Source: Gnetum montanum
Lineage: Eukaryota > Plantae > Gnetophyta
DNA: 64,000 bases
Assembly (NCBI GenBank): GCA_015680685.1
Contig: MNCI01000967.1
Coordinates: 294,458 to 358,457 of the forward strand
Direction: 5' to 3'
Below the pieces are notes generated by a model. The model was not told the DNA's origin. It saw nothing but the letters and a program-made list of their open reading frames with translations, and made no database searches. This document shows positions 36,386 through 49,399 of this stretch, piece by piece (the first letter of the stretch is position 1; each line of letters starts with the position of its first letter). The translations under genes were made by a program, and so were the position numbers.

Positions 36386-39300
36386 CGCTGAGGATCAGAT
36401 CCTAAGCAGGCATGAACAAATCAGAGAAAGAAAGCAAATCACTGGCAGCAAAATCGGCAATTCTAGCTATTGTTGTTATGCATGGGAGGCTTGAAACCAT
36501 TGCCGAGGCTGAGGCTGAGACTGAGAAGAAGGAGCTTGAAAACATGGCCTCTGGAAGGCCTGACAGGAGCCTCTCCAAAAGCAGCAACATTAGTCTAAAA
36601 TTGGAGTGGCACCATAGTTTGTGTAGATGCATATGTAGAGGGTGGGTGTTATTCAGAGTTAGGTTTCACAAACTCGTCATTGCACGCTTGGCCAGAGCAT
36701 GGGATTCGTGTGTACGCTTCATGAAACGCTTCACCACCAAGACTCATATTTCTTATTCTTCTTATTTTGATGCATTCTGTTCACACTATTGAATCCATTA
36801 TTTGGTCATACATTTGTTCTTTGTTTTCTTTTTCTTTTCCAACAATTGGGATTGAGATTGTCTAAGCTGACTACAAGTTGCCTTACATTCATTACCTTTC
36901 CATACCTTATGGAGGTTAACTAAACCCACTTCTTGACTTGTACATCAATACATGTTTGTAGATCTAGTGAATACTTCTTTGGCACTAAAATAGCTGGTAG
37001 AAGATTGTCATGAACTTTGAACAATTGATCATTTGTCTTAAACAAAACTGTATTTTCTAGTGAATCAATTAGAGAAAAATCTTTCAAACTACCAACCCAA
37101 CACCTCTGAAAAGTATTCATCCAATAAAATATTGGAAATTTTTAAATCAGGGTGAACTTTAGTTATATGATTAGCTCCACAACCTCACAAAGCCTGCTCT
37201 ATTAAATGGCCAAAATGTGCCAACACTTACCATTATGGCCTTAGATGGGAATTTTGACTAGGGGACCCTCTGTGATGTTTCTGGCTTCAAGGCTAATGGT
37301 CATCATGCTACTTCATGGGTGTTATAGCTATATAGTAGAATTATTTCAAGCTTAAGGTTTGGAAAAATAAGGTCAACTTGGTTAACATCATGAGAGGGAT
37401 CCATTTAGGCTTTAGGGCTAGTTGAATTTGTTTACTCATCCTCCTAGCTTATCCTACATTACAATGTAAGCACATCAAGTGGTGCTTGTGTAATAAAATT
37501 GTTAAATATGGTTAAAGTAATGTTAAATAATTTAGTAATAGTTATTAAATGGGTCAAAACACATTAGAACAAAGGCCATAATATAGTTCAATCATGGTTA
37601 ACAAAGGCTATAAGGAGTAGGTGAAGATAAATAAGTTGGAACAAATGTCAAATAAAGTTGAAGTACCATGAAAGTATGAAAACAAGGTCACATCTGGTCA
37701 ACTGAGGTTATGCTTTTACCAATTTTAGATCCTAGTAGGCCATGTTGTTAGTCTAAGGCCCTAGTAGGCTATGTGGTTACTAGTTTAAGGCATTGGTAGG
37801 TCATGGTAGGGAGGATTATTTCAATGGGTAGGATTAAAGAAAGGTAAAGGTTAGTAAAATAAGGTGGAATAAAATAATATTGATGTAAAATTCAAGATAA
37901 AATAATTAGTAAAATGGAATAAAATATTGCAAACTAGATGAAACAAGGTGAAATAGTGCACATTTAAATATATATCTATATATATAATTTTAACTTAATT
38001 TTTTAATGATTACACAAGCTCAAAACTTTATTTTTGTTTAGAAATTATTCAATCTATAAGTGGAGTAAACCATATCAAATCATTTTGCAATGTAGTGAAG
38101 GTAGGAGTGCACAGAAAATATAAATTATACTTTGTTTATTTAGCATTTAACATAGGCCCTAGATGCAAGCACAAAAACAACTTGGTATCATAATTCTTTT
38201 GTGTAGTATGAAAATGATACATTTAAAAAAGGGGTTCATGGAGCTCATAGGAGCTATATGACATTAGTAAAAAAATCAATGAATGAATAAATGTGGATGG
38301 CTAAGACATACATTATAGAGAATGAGAAAATTCAAAGGTGGTGGCCAGTTCCATTGGTGTTGGTGTAGGTGAGGCTAATGGAAGAGGTTTTCTTTTATAG
38401 AAACAGTAGCCATAGGAGGAGGCAGAGAGGCATCACTACCCTAGGATGGCATGGATAACATGGAGGATGTAGAAAGATAGGTTGTGCCTAAAGGTTGTTG
38501 TAGGGCCACATGCCTGCATCACCTAGAGAAGGATTGTGTAGCCCTAATGGGCCAACATGACCTTAGGTAAGGTGATGTGATTTTGTAACCCAAAAAACTT
38601 TTTGTTTGTGTGTTAAGTTAAGAGGCAAAGGTGGAGATGGCATGGCAGTGCAACAGAAAGGTTATGCTCCCCCTTAGCCACATTGGGTAGTGTTTCCCTA
38701 GTGTGGATGAGGGGGTATGATGGATTTTTATTGGTTACCTATGTTGGAGCCATGTTGGGACCATGGCCCTAGCATGGATGGAGGAGGGGAAATACCAATT
38801 TTACATCAACTTCTTAGTTTGGGTGGTGAATTGGGGACATATGTGTGGATAGCTAGGTGGGTAGGTCGAGGGTTTTGTTTGGTGGTGATGGAATAGAAGG
38901 AATGGTATTAGTGGCATAGTAGATGGAGGATATGCAATGGTGCATGACTATGATGGCTTGGGTGCCAACCATGTTGGAAAACATGGACTAGAAATGGTTT
39001 TTCATTGTTGCTATTTTTAGCAACCACACTAGGTGAGCATAGAACAATGTGATGTTAGATGAGTAAGGGCATGAGCTTAGTTGTGTGATGGCAATGAAGG
39101 AGGGAGTGTGAGTAGTCGTAGTGGATTGAAAAGTGACAATAGGGAAGAATGCATGCATGGTGGCAAGGGTTTTCATAGTGCAAGATTGTAGCATTAATGG
39201 GTGTGGTTAGCAATGGAAGTGGAAGGAAGACAAGGTTTTGTTAAGGTGGTGATGGATGACCCAAGATTGTGGTGATGTGAGAAGGTGGAATTACTAAACT

Positions 39301-40732
39301 AGCCATTTGGCCATGCTACATTTGCAATGTTGCCAAATGATGTTGTTATTAGTCATAGTGGTTGCTAGCCTCAAGGGTTGGGGCCACTACATAAAGGTGA
39401 GAATCAGTAGGGCTTCTTTTGGTACTACATGATGTTGTTAGGTGCACATGGCATAGAGGTAAGTGATGTGGGGTGGGCTAGAGCCCTAAGATGTGGTGTT
39501 GGATTGTGGCACCCACATTAGATCCATGTTGACTAGTGCAAGTGAAAGGGGTAAGGTTATATCCCTCCTAACCACACTAGGTAGCGTTGCTCTAGTGTGG
39601 GTGAGGGGGTAAGGTTATCCCCTCCTAGCCATATGGGGCATTGCTCCAACGTGGGTGAGGGGGTTTTTGATTTTTTAGGTGCTCAGAATGCAATCCTAAA
39701 GTACCTCTATAAACTTTTAGATTTGTTCCATGTGTGATAAATTTCGGTTACTGAAGGACACATAGACCACATTGCAAACACTTATGGAGTTAAGCCTTGA
39801 GGTATAGTTAGTTTTCTTCCACATGTGAGTTGCCTCTTTCTTAACTCCACTATTGTTGTGATGCTACAGTAGCAAGACCACCATGAGGAAGGGCAATGGT
39901 AGTGGCAACTATAAGTGTGCAATGTCATTTCCTCCCATCTAATTGAAGGAGGCACCAATACTATTGTCAAGGGATTGTCTAGCTATAGAAACAAAGAAAA
40001 ATTTATATTTTTATTTTTATTTTTTTGTTTTTCTACATGTTGGTTGTAAATTCATTGGTAGTTAAGTATATTTGAAGCCTCAAAAGGATTTTCTAGTAAC
40101 TAGGGGATTAACATGACATCCTTGGATTTAGTGAGTTGGTTTGAGGCTTCTTGGTGTGCTCATGTATTACTAAAAATGGTAATAAACCTCATCCACACTA
40201 GAGCCACATTGGTTAGTGTGGCTAGTGCCTTCCCCAATATGGCTACCTTGAAGCATTGATTTTTGGTGCATTGCAATGTCAGATTGATCCAGTATTTAGA
40301 CTCCTAAGATTGCAAGTGTTGGTAACTAAGATTTAGCATTAAAGTTGGTAATTTTTGAGGCTTTTTGATATTTTTATGATCATTTCCCCCTTGGGCCATG
40401 TTTTCTAGCATACGAAAAGAGTGCAACAAAGGACCCTCCCACTTTTTTATAAAGAGAATTCATGTTACCTTCAATGATAGAATGTATCAGTTTATGGTTA
40501 CTTTACTTTCAAAACATTCCAACTTCCTATTAATAAATGCCACATATTAGCAATGGTATAGAGTCCTGAACTTCCACTAGACAAATGAAATAGAAATATA
40601 AAATCTCAATCATGATTTCAACAATGAAATTACATTATAATGTTCCTCTATAAACTCATTTATGTGCCTTGTAGAAAAATCATTACAACACCTAGCAATT
40701 AAAATGTCTATGGCATTAAAATTTATTATGTC

Positions 40733-41220
40733 TCATGAATGACTAAAAGCATGAAAGGTTTTATCTAGGACTTCATGATCATAATATCTAGTGAAAATGC
40801 AACTTCCAAGAGGTTCCTTGAAAAGTATTAGTCTTAGTACCCCATTTGAGATCTTTTTATCTACCATCACAATGCTTTTGAATGTATCAACCATCATTTG
40901 TATAGTAGGAAGGTTTGCCTACTTGAGGAACTTTAGTATCCATTTAGGAAAATTATCATCAATCCATTCCAAATAAGAAGACATGCTTTCTTCCATAGAT
41001 ATTCCTCCAACAACTATTTCTCCATGTAACCATTACCCATAACTGATACCTTTTTACATTACATGAAAACATGTATGTCTCGTTTTCAAAGTGGCCCTTA
41101 ATCCACACTCCTCTTTTATCTAAGGAAACCACTTCTAGTTTGTTCTCACATCATTTGATGGTACATGTCAAAGTAATTAGTTTCTTTGGCACCTCTATTC
41201 AAGCCATACTTTATTACTAG
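40733..41220 (-). pseudogene. 3-dehydroquinate synthase C-terminal fragment, intronless
   Basis: VIKYGL..CENKLEVVSLD..RATLKTRHTCFH..G*WLHGEIV..WIDD..FKSIVMVDKKISNGVLRLILFKEPLGSCIFTRYYDHEVLDKTFHAFSHS* matches the plant DHQS C-terminus. Confidence 0.85.
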
Positions 41221-41799
41221 GCAATGACCTTTTCTCCCCATCTATGGTTCAACTTTAGCTACTATGGGACCAGTTACACCCTACTATGCTTTTCTTTATC
41301 ATTTTTATAGTTGTTTTTCATTTGACTATAGAGGCCATAAAGATCATGCATTATTCATGTTGTTGTATGCTGAATAGTGCAACTCTGGTCATAGAAATAT
41401 GGACATTTAGGTACATTTTTTATTATTATCACATAGTGTGACTATGGCTAAATGTTAGTTTTATATTTTTATGTTGTATATGCTTCATATAAACATAGAT
41501 GGTAAATGTAATAAGGCCATAAACTACAACTAGTAGATGAAAATGTTTCATAATGATAATTGTAAACCAAGGCATATGCATATAAGTGAACTCACATTGG
41601 ATGCTATTAGGTAAATTGGCTACAATTTTGATATAAGTGGTGGAGAAAAGAGGGCCATTATGTTTACTAGTTTTAGGCCATGGTGGACCATAAGGTTGCT
41701 AGTTTTAGGCCTTGGTGGACCATGGTCCATACCTACCTAGCAAGTATGGACCAATGTTGAAAGCGTGCATAAGGATAACATAAATCATAAAACATGGAA

Positions 41800-44700
41800 A
41801 AAGGTTACAAAGGTGAACACACTTCCATTAGTACAAGAGGGGATAACATATCTACAATGCATTTGTTGCTTGGACTTTGATAAACCAAAGGGTTTGCTTT
41901 GCATGATCCCACTTTCATCATGCTGCTTGTTTGTAATGGTGATTGATAGGCATTTTTGTTGGTTTCTTAATGCCATGGATTGGTGACTTCAACCTCATCT
42001 TTGTTATAATTGTTGATTTTACTCTTAGTATTGGCTCCAACTTGAGTTTTGGAAGTCTCCTCTTGAAACTCCACCTCTAATCCTTGGTTGATGTTAACAT
42101 GGTTTGATGATGGTACAAACACATTGTCCTGACAGATCACAATTTTTTCACACTCATATGGCAAGTGAATCTCTTGATGTATACAAGATGAAACTACCCT
42201 TAGCTTTGATAACCATGACTTTCCTAGGATCAATTTGAAGCTAGGTGTCTCTTCAACTATTAGGAAGTTGGTAGATGTAGGAAATTGTTTTCCAACTATG
42301 GAATCCAAGGAGATAGAACCTCACACCACTACTTGTGATCCATTAAATGATTTGAATGTTGAGGTAGTGATCACTTGGATATTCTAGATTAGGCCTAGTT
42401 TGTGAGTAATGAAATATGATGTCATAGTCATGGCCTTTCCATCATCCACATGAGCATGATGAACGTCATACCTACCAACATGTATAGTGATGAGGAAAGG
42501 GGTAGATAGAACTTCTCTATTTTGAGAGTCAATCTTCACTTTGCTATCATAGAAGTTAAGCATGGGTTTATGTATGTTTTCCCTAAGTTAAGCTTGCTCA
42601 TGATAGAGTGGATTTTCTCTTTTTTGGCCAATATGTCTCTGCTCATAGGGATAGAGGTTAACACTTGAGCTATTGTATCTTTGTGAGTAGAAGAAGTTAT
42701 GACTAGGTCATACAAGTTTGGTGACATGTTCTTTTGCTTCAATGATTTTTTGACTTACTCCATTATTGCAAGGAAATTATTTTCCTTGTGTTGTTATGTT
42801 TTAATGTTAGTTGTTTTAAACTCCTCCATCCTTCCTAGAGTTTGTTGTTTAGGTTTTGGTCTATGTGCCTTGGGCCCCTTGTCCATGGAATGCAGTTGAT
42901 ATTGGTGTAGCTTGTTTTGAAGCCTTTTGTTGGTGGCCACCTTCAGTGGGCTTTGTTGTTAGTTTGGTGACAAGTTTTTTTTATCATCATTGTGATGATG
43001 GTTTGAGTTGCAGATCACTATGGATGGGCTTTGATCATGGATTGTTGTGTTCTTACTTGTTGAAGGTGGGGGGACTTGAATAACAAGTATGATGAAGCCA
43101 TTGAAGGGGGAACATGTATGATGAAGTGCTCCTTAGGGGCTGGAGAAGGTGGTACCTATATGATGAATGGCTCTCTAGGATTTTTATTTTGGGGCCACAG
43201 TGGTACTTTGATAAAAAATGGTTTTCTAAGAGGATTAAATTGTTTAATTTCTATGAATGAGGCTATAGTATTAGAGTTTTTTTTTAGCATTTAGAGAGCT
43301 AGGCTCATTCACTACCAATTCTCCATAGTCTATCATCTTTTGAAGGTCATCCTTTAATGATAGGAAAAATTTGGTATCACGATTAACCATGTGATGATAA
43401 TGGCAATACCTATCTAGTTTAAAGTACTTTAGTAGCTTGGGTTTATCTTTGGTAGCTGTCATTGGGTCTTTAGCTATGCCACAAAGATGATCAGACCTCT
43501 TACGAGCCTTTTTAAACAATTGCTTATGTTGTATATGGTCATCTTTAAGAAACTATTTTAGAAGCTAAGAGGGCTTCATAGGAAACCTAGTGTACTTAGA
43601 CATGTCCTTTTGTCCAAAGTTTGATCTTGGTTGATTTGGAACATAGGAAGTGGATGGTTGGGAGGAGTTGGGAGATGTATTGTGTGATGGTGATCCCTAC
43701 CTTTCTCCTTGTTTTGACTCCTTTGTTATTGAATTTATAGTTATGTGTTCTTGTTTGGTTTTATCCCTATCCATTCTTGCATGTTGGTTTTTATAAGCCA
43801 CATAGGCTAGATTGTTGCTTGTCTCAACTACCTTCTTAATGTTCTTGATTTGTGAGAAGGCTTGGCTTAAATTCATTTACTACTCCCTTGTAGATGGCCA
43901 AGAGGTAAGTTTCAGCAATAGGTTTTGGGATCTTGTTGAGCGTTGAGCTCCATCTTTGAATGACACTTTGATTGATTCAAGTGGACCCTACCTCACCTTC
44001 CTTAGATGATCTAATGTGGCATCTAGCTTCAAGTTGTATTTGAAGTGGTTGAAAAATTGGTTAATCAAATCCTCAAGGAAACAGATGGATCCTCTAGGCA
44101 AGTTTGATACCAATCTTGAGCATTTCCCTTGAGGGATATGGGAAAATCTTTAATATCATATGTGGCCAAGCTTGCAAAAAGAGGTACTTAGACCAAAAGG
44201 TGATAGATATGTGTTGGGATCACCTTTATCATTGTAGTTGGTGATTTTGGAATGGGAAAGCCTTTAGGAAAATTTATTTGATGCACCATAGGGCTTATAG
44301 GATCATCTTGGTAGAAATTAAGAATCTTGACTGTTTGAGTTATATTGACCTTAAGTTTTTCTAGTTCTTCGGTAAGGTCTTGGATCATTTGGAAGGCTTA
44401 ATTCAAGCCTTGGGGCATTCTTGTGTTGATGGTTGAGGGGGGAGTTGAGAGGCTTTTGGCCTTGCAATAGGTTGTGGTATCGAAGGGACAGGTTGGATTA
44501 TGGTGGTTATAGGTGGACTAAACAAGGAAAAGAATGTTTGTGATAGAACTTGAGGCACAAAGGGGATGAAAGAAGTATGAGAGGATTTTGTTTCTTGGGG
44601 TTATAATGAGGGTTCCACTAGTATGACAAAGGGAGATGGTAAGGTAGACATCATTGAGGCTAGATGAATGAAGTTAGGTTGTGTGGCAAAGGACATTGAT

Positions 44701-45270
44701 GAAAATAAGGATATGGATTAGGACATTGGTTGTGTATGGAGTGTAGTGATGATGGGTGTGGACCCAAATATGGTAGGATGGATAGGAAAAGAGTTTGGCC
44801 AAGGGATCTATTCCATTAGTGAGGTAAGAAATGTGGAGTTGGGTATGGTTTTTTGGGGAGCTAGAGATTGGAAGAGACTTCCAAGGAAGGTCTTTGGCTC
44901 TTGGTTAGCTTTAAACTCATCTTCCTCTTCTTAAAAATCCTTTAAACTAATTTTCTCACTAAAATCATCAACCTCTATGAGTTTTATGAGCATTTGTACA
45001 TAAAATTATATAAGGGAAATTTGTTCATAAGGGGATGGGATGTATTCTTTCCCATCCCAACGTATGATTTCGAATTAATTCTTAGTGTCAAATTTGAAAC
45101 GTGGTATCAAGAGCCTAGCTTGTATCTTAGCATAGAGGAAGTTGTAGAACTCCTCATTAATGACTAAAAAATCTAAGTTTTTTCCTCTTTGCCTAAGTGA
45201 TTGCCTTCATTCTATGACCATGGGGTCTTTCGAGTCATAAACATGAACTACATCTTGCCTAGATACCATG
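41800..45270 (-). pseudogene. gag: Degenerate gag-protease of old Tat element
   Basis: NFYQDDPISP, YCHYHHMVNRDT, KQKNMSPNLYDLVITS, FKLILGKSWLSKLRVVSSCIHQEIHLPY, collinear with 10210-13275. Confidence 0.85.
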
Positions 45271-46452
45271 TTTGTCAGGTTAAGGGGTAGTACAATTAAT
45301 CAATTGAAAGATGTTGTTTTGAATTTTTACTATTTTTAGTAAAACTTTTAGCAAGTTAGATTTCCCAATGGTGTAGTTTGCTATAAATGAAAAGGGAGAG
45401 AGGTAATGAGGTAAGGTACTAATAATTAGCTTACCCACTTACACTATGTTGGAGTTCCCCCCTTTTGGCCAAAACAATGTTATTTTTGAAAAGAAAATGT
45501 GCCTTGCTAAAAACATTTCACAACAAAGGGGGGTTTGGGTGGTCTAGGGGTATGACATCCTAGTTGAGGAAGGTATGACACACACCCACACTGGCTTTAG
45601 AAAATTCAACAACTGCTATGAATTTTCTACCAAAACTCAAACACCCACACTAGGGGGTGTGACACCCATGCTAAAGGTGAAGAGGGGAGAATAAGGGGAA
45701 TAAGATTAAAAAATCTTATAACCTCCTACATAGCATTGGGGGGTTATCATTTGGTAGGATTTAAATTTTTTTGGTAAAAATTAAGGTGAAAATTTGGGTT
45801 TTTTTCCAAAGTTATTGTGAATTTTCTTCCAAAACCCAAACACTCACACTTTTTTTTTGTTGGAAAGGGGGGGGGGGGGGGGGATATGATATCCATGTGG
45901 GTTTTATAAAATTCAACAACTACTATGAATTTTCTTAAAGCCCAAACACCCATGTTGGAGGCTTGGTGGTAGAAAAAAAAATAGATTAAATTAGGTGAAG
46001 AACTTGGACAAAGGTCCTCCTTCTAGCACTAGAAAACTATAATGAGTAAAAATCTTGGTTAGTAGAAAATCAAAAGAATTTAGAAAAATAAATTTAACCC
46101 CATATCCAAAGGGCCTCCAAAAAATAGGATCCTAGGTATCCTTGATGGTCTGGTAGATGACCCAAGGACTTGGAAAATGTAAATGAGGGTAGAAAAATAA
46201 CATGTAATGTAGATCTAAGAAAATAAATGTAGTGAAATGAAACAAATAAATCTATCTTTCACAAAAATAGAATTTTACTAAAACCATTCCATTTACTAAA
46301 AATAGTAAATAAGAATTTTACCCATGTGAAGCCTTCCAATAGCAATGTTGGACCTGTAGGAGCCACGCTAAGATGCATGGGTAATGCTAGGGGTATGACA
46401 TCCATGTTGGGGGTATAACACCCATGTTGGACCCTCACTAGAACTAGACTAA

Positions 46453-47071
46453 ACCCTCACTAGAGTAGCATTGGATCTTTGTTGGACCCTCACTAGAGTA
46501 GCATTGGATCTTTGTTGGACCCTCACTAGAGTAGCATTGGATCTTTGTTGGACCCTCACTAGAGTAGCATTGGATCTTTGTTGGACCCTCACTAGAGTAG
46601 CATTGGATCTTTGTTGGACCCTCACTAGAGTAGCATTGGATCTTTGTTGGACCCTCACTAGAGTAGCATTGGATCTTTGTTGGACCCTCACTAGAGTAGC
46701 ATTGGATCTTTGTTGGACCCTCACTAGAGTAGCATTGGATCTTTGTTGGACCCTCACTAGAGTAGCATTGGATCTTTGTTGGACCCTCACTAGAGTAGCA
46801 TTGGATCTTTGTTGGACCCTCACTAGAGTAGCATTGGATCTTTGTTGGACCCTCACTAGAGTAGCATTGGATCTTTGTTGGACCCTCACTAGAGTAGCAT
46901 TGGATCTTTGTTGGACCCTCACTAGAGTAGCATTGGATCTTTGTTGGACCCTCACTAGAGTAGCATTGGATCTTTGTTGGACCCTCACTAGAGTAGCATT
47001 GGATCTTTGTTGGACCCTCACTAGAGTAGCATTGGATCTTTGTTGGACCCTCACTAGAATAACATTGGATC
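46453..47071. repeat. Perfect tandem array, 33-bp unit x18 plus partial, inside LTR
   Basis: accctcactagagtagcattggatctttgttgg repeated without spacers. Confidence 0.95.
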
Positions 47072-47541
47072 CTCACTGGAGCAATGTTGGACCCTCACTG
47101 GAGCTAGGATGGGGAAAAGGTGTAGCACTCAGCAGTGAAGTAGCAATGCTAGGGGGTAAGAGTTATACCTCAATGCTGGGAATGAGTGATCTTACACCCT
47201 CAAATAGGTGTTTCTAGCATAGTAAATATTATACCCTACACAAAACCCATCAAAATGCCAATTTTGGCAATCCCAAAGGCATTTTTAAATCCCCCAAGTC
47301 CAAATATAGAAAGTATATGACTCTTTTCACTTAGGAGATGAGGCTTTGATCACTTATGAGGCATTTTTCAGCCCCAAAAGCTAAAGTATATGAAATTGCA
47401 TCTCTTGGATTATAATGTTCACGTTTACAATGAAGTTTAGCCTCAAGTTTCATGGGGTGAAGGCTCCAAAGGTTGCAACATGCATTTTTGGTGGTGTTTC
47501 ACACATGACATTATGAATAGTAATAATTTCAATAACTATAT

Positions 47542-47857
47542 TGTAACATCCTATCCCTTGTTAAGGATAGAATTATATTATAATCATGTAATTAGTCTTT
47601 AAGGAGTGCCTCATTATGAGGAGTTGCAACTTTTCATGGTATCCCTTAGGAATGGGTTTAACTTGTGGCATTTAAGGTAGGTTTAGAGGTCATATTAGCA
47701 TGGAGTTGTGGAGCCAATATTAACAAGTGAAGAGAGTTGGATGAAGTGATACAAGGGACTAATCACCTCTTCGGCTAGATGGCCTAACCATGGTGGTAGT
47801 GCTGGATTACCTCTAAGGTTCTAAGTGTCATAGGAAGATAACCTAGAGGGTGTTACA
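47542..47857 (+). mobile_element. Possible short LTR remnant
   Basis: TGTAACATCC..GGGTGTTACA inverted termini; no TSD. Confidence 0.4.
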
Positions 47858-49399
47858 GTGTATCCACAAAACATCAATAAATTTTTCACTTTTTCTTTTC
47901 TACTTAATTCCATGTTTATCCATCCTTATTTTCCAATTTAATAAGTGATCAAGTTATTTCCACGTAATGTGACAATTATATGTAATGAATGATTATACTT
48001 CATTGACATCCAAGAATGGGATGTTGTATATATGAGTCAAATCTATCTACTTTATTATCTTCTCTTTTTTAAAGTTATATTATCCTGTTAGGGTTATTAA
48101 GGCCTCCTTAAGTATTCACAAGGTACTCCATTAGAGTCTTAAGAGGATCTAGAGAAATTTGAGTACCTTATAATACTAAAGAAACATGACCTTGTACTTT
48201 TTGAGGCCTCCTTGAGTACCCAAAGGAGACTCCATAAGAGTCTTATGAGGATCACGAGACCTTGAATAACTTTTATACTTAAGAGAAAATGAGAAAATAA
48301 TTTGCTTCAATTCATTCTTTGTTATAATATGGTTAGTTAACATGTGATAATAGAGTAGTGGATTTTATAGATATCAATGTGTTGAGGGTTTGGACATGTA
48401 TCCCATGTTTATTAGTGTATTTAAAGTGAAAGGTGATAGTCACATTGTTATTTTATGTGTGGTTGAGTAGGAAGGGATCTAGTTGAAGAAAATATTGAGG
48501 CTTTCTTTAGGTAGGCTTAAGATCTTAAAAAAGCTTCATAAGTGCCTTGAAGTGGATCTTGATCCTTGTCAAGAGGGTCTCAAGGTGTAAAATCTTTGAT
48601 TAAGAGGAATGGAGAAAAAATAAAGATAGAAATAAGTTAACTTGAATGTTGTCTAGGTATAAATATTAACAATAGGTTAAACACATGTCAATACATTTGA
48701 CAAGTATTAGAATGTCGTTACATGTATAGGTTTATGAGCTTGGTGACATGTGTGGTAGGGATTATTTTTGATTTCCCTCTTTCTAATCTTTGAGTTCCTT
48801 ATGCTGTTGAATTTCCTTCTTCTTATTGTTGTAAATGAGCTCAAGGGATCCTCAAGTAGACTAAACGACCCTCAACTAATATCTTAAAAATAGTTATCTA
48901 TGATGATTAAAAAGGATTCATCATGCATGGTGTTTGCCAAGGTTAAGATTAAGGGTTTATTAATATCATTTATTTTCTCATTAATGGTCTTTTCCAAAGA
49001 ATGATATTTATATCATTAGAAGGTTTTGGTCATAGTAATTTGGATAATTAAAGGTCAAGGATATTTAAACAAAATTAACAGGTAACAGAACAATTTCTAC
49101 TACTATTATAGGTATGATTTATATTGTTAAGAAGATAGCTACTTAGAGATGTTTTAGGGATCACATGATTTAATTTTTAGTATATATGTTTAAGTTCTTA
49201 AAATAAACTAAGTAATTAGTTTATGAAGGAATTTAATATAGTTACTTCCCTAATTTTAAGTGATTTATTTTTGTTAGATTATTTTATGTGTTTCAAATCT
49301 ATTATAATGCATAATTATTTATAGTGTTACTCTGTTCATTTGGCTTTCACTTATGGTTGTTATTTGTGAAAGTCTTATAGTTTAAGCAAGTCAATACTC

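Larger units (their letters stand above)
33901..37225 (-). mobile_element. Solo LTR (~3.3 kb incl. gap) with gene-fragment cargo
   Basis: TGTTGGC..GCCAACA termini, exact 5-bp TSD CTTAC (33896-33900, 37226-37230); interrupts pre-RT coding remnant (LEARNITEGPLVKIPI) of host element. Confidence 0.8.
31211..47501 (-). mobile_element. Old Tat-family element (gag-PR retained, most of RT-INT deleted) with nested insertion and captured gene fragment
   Basis: LTRs 31211-32714 and 46038-47501 (start tgaaacaccac on minus), PPT 32715-32730, Asn PBS 46013-46031, flanks CATAT/CACAT (TSD with one transition). Confidence 0.75.

Noticed and set aside
36920-37120. 66-aa ORF vaguely like LINE ORF1
   Set aside because: Too short, no diagnostic motif, and inside the TSD-bounded solo LTR
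46444-47217. CRISPR-like array / repeat proteins (201-248 aa ORFs)
   Set aside because: Head-to-tail identical units without spacers, no cas genes, eukaryotic LTR context; ORFs arise because the 33-bp unit lacks stops in those frames
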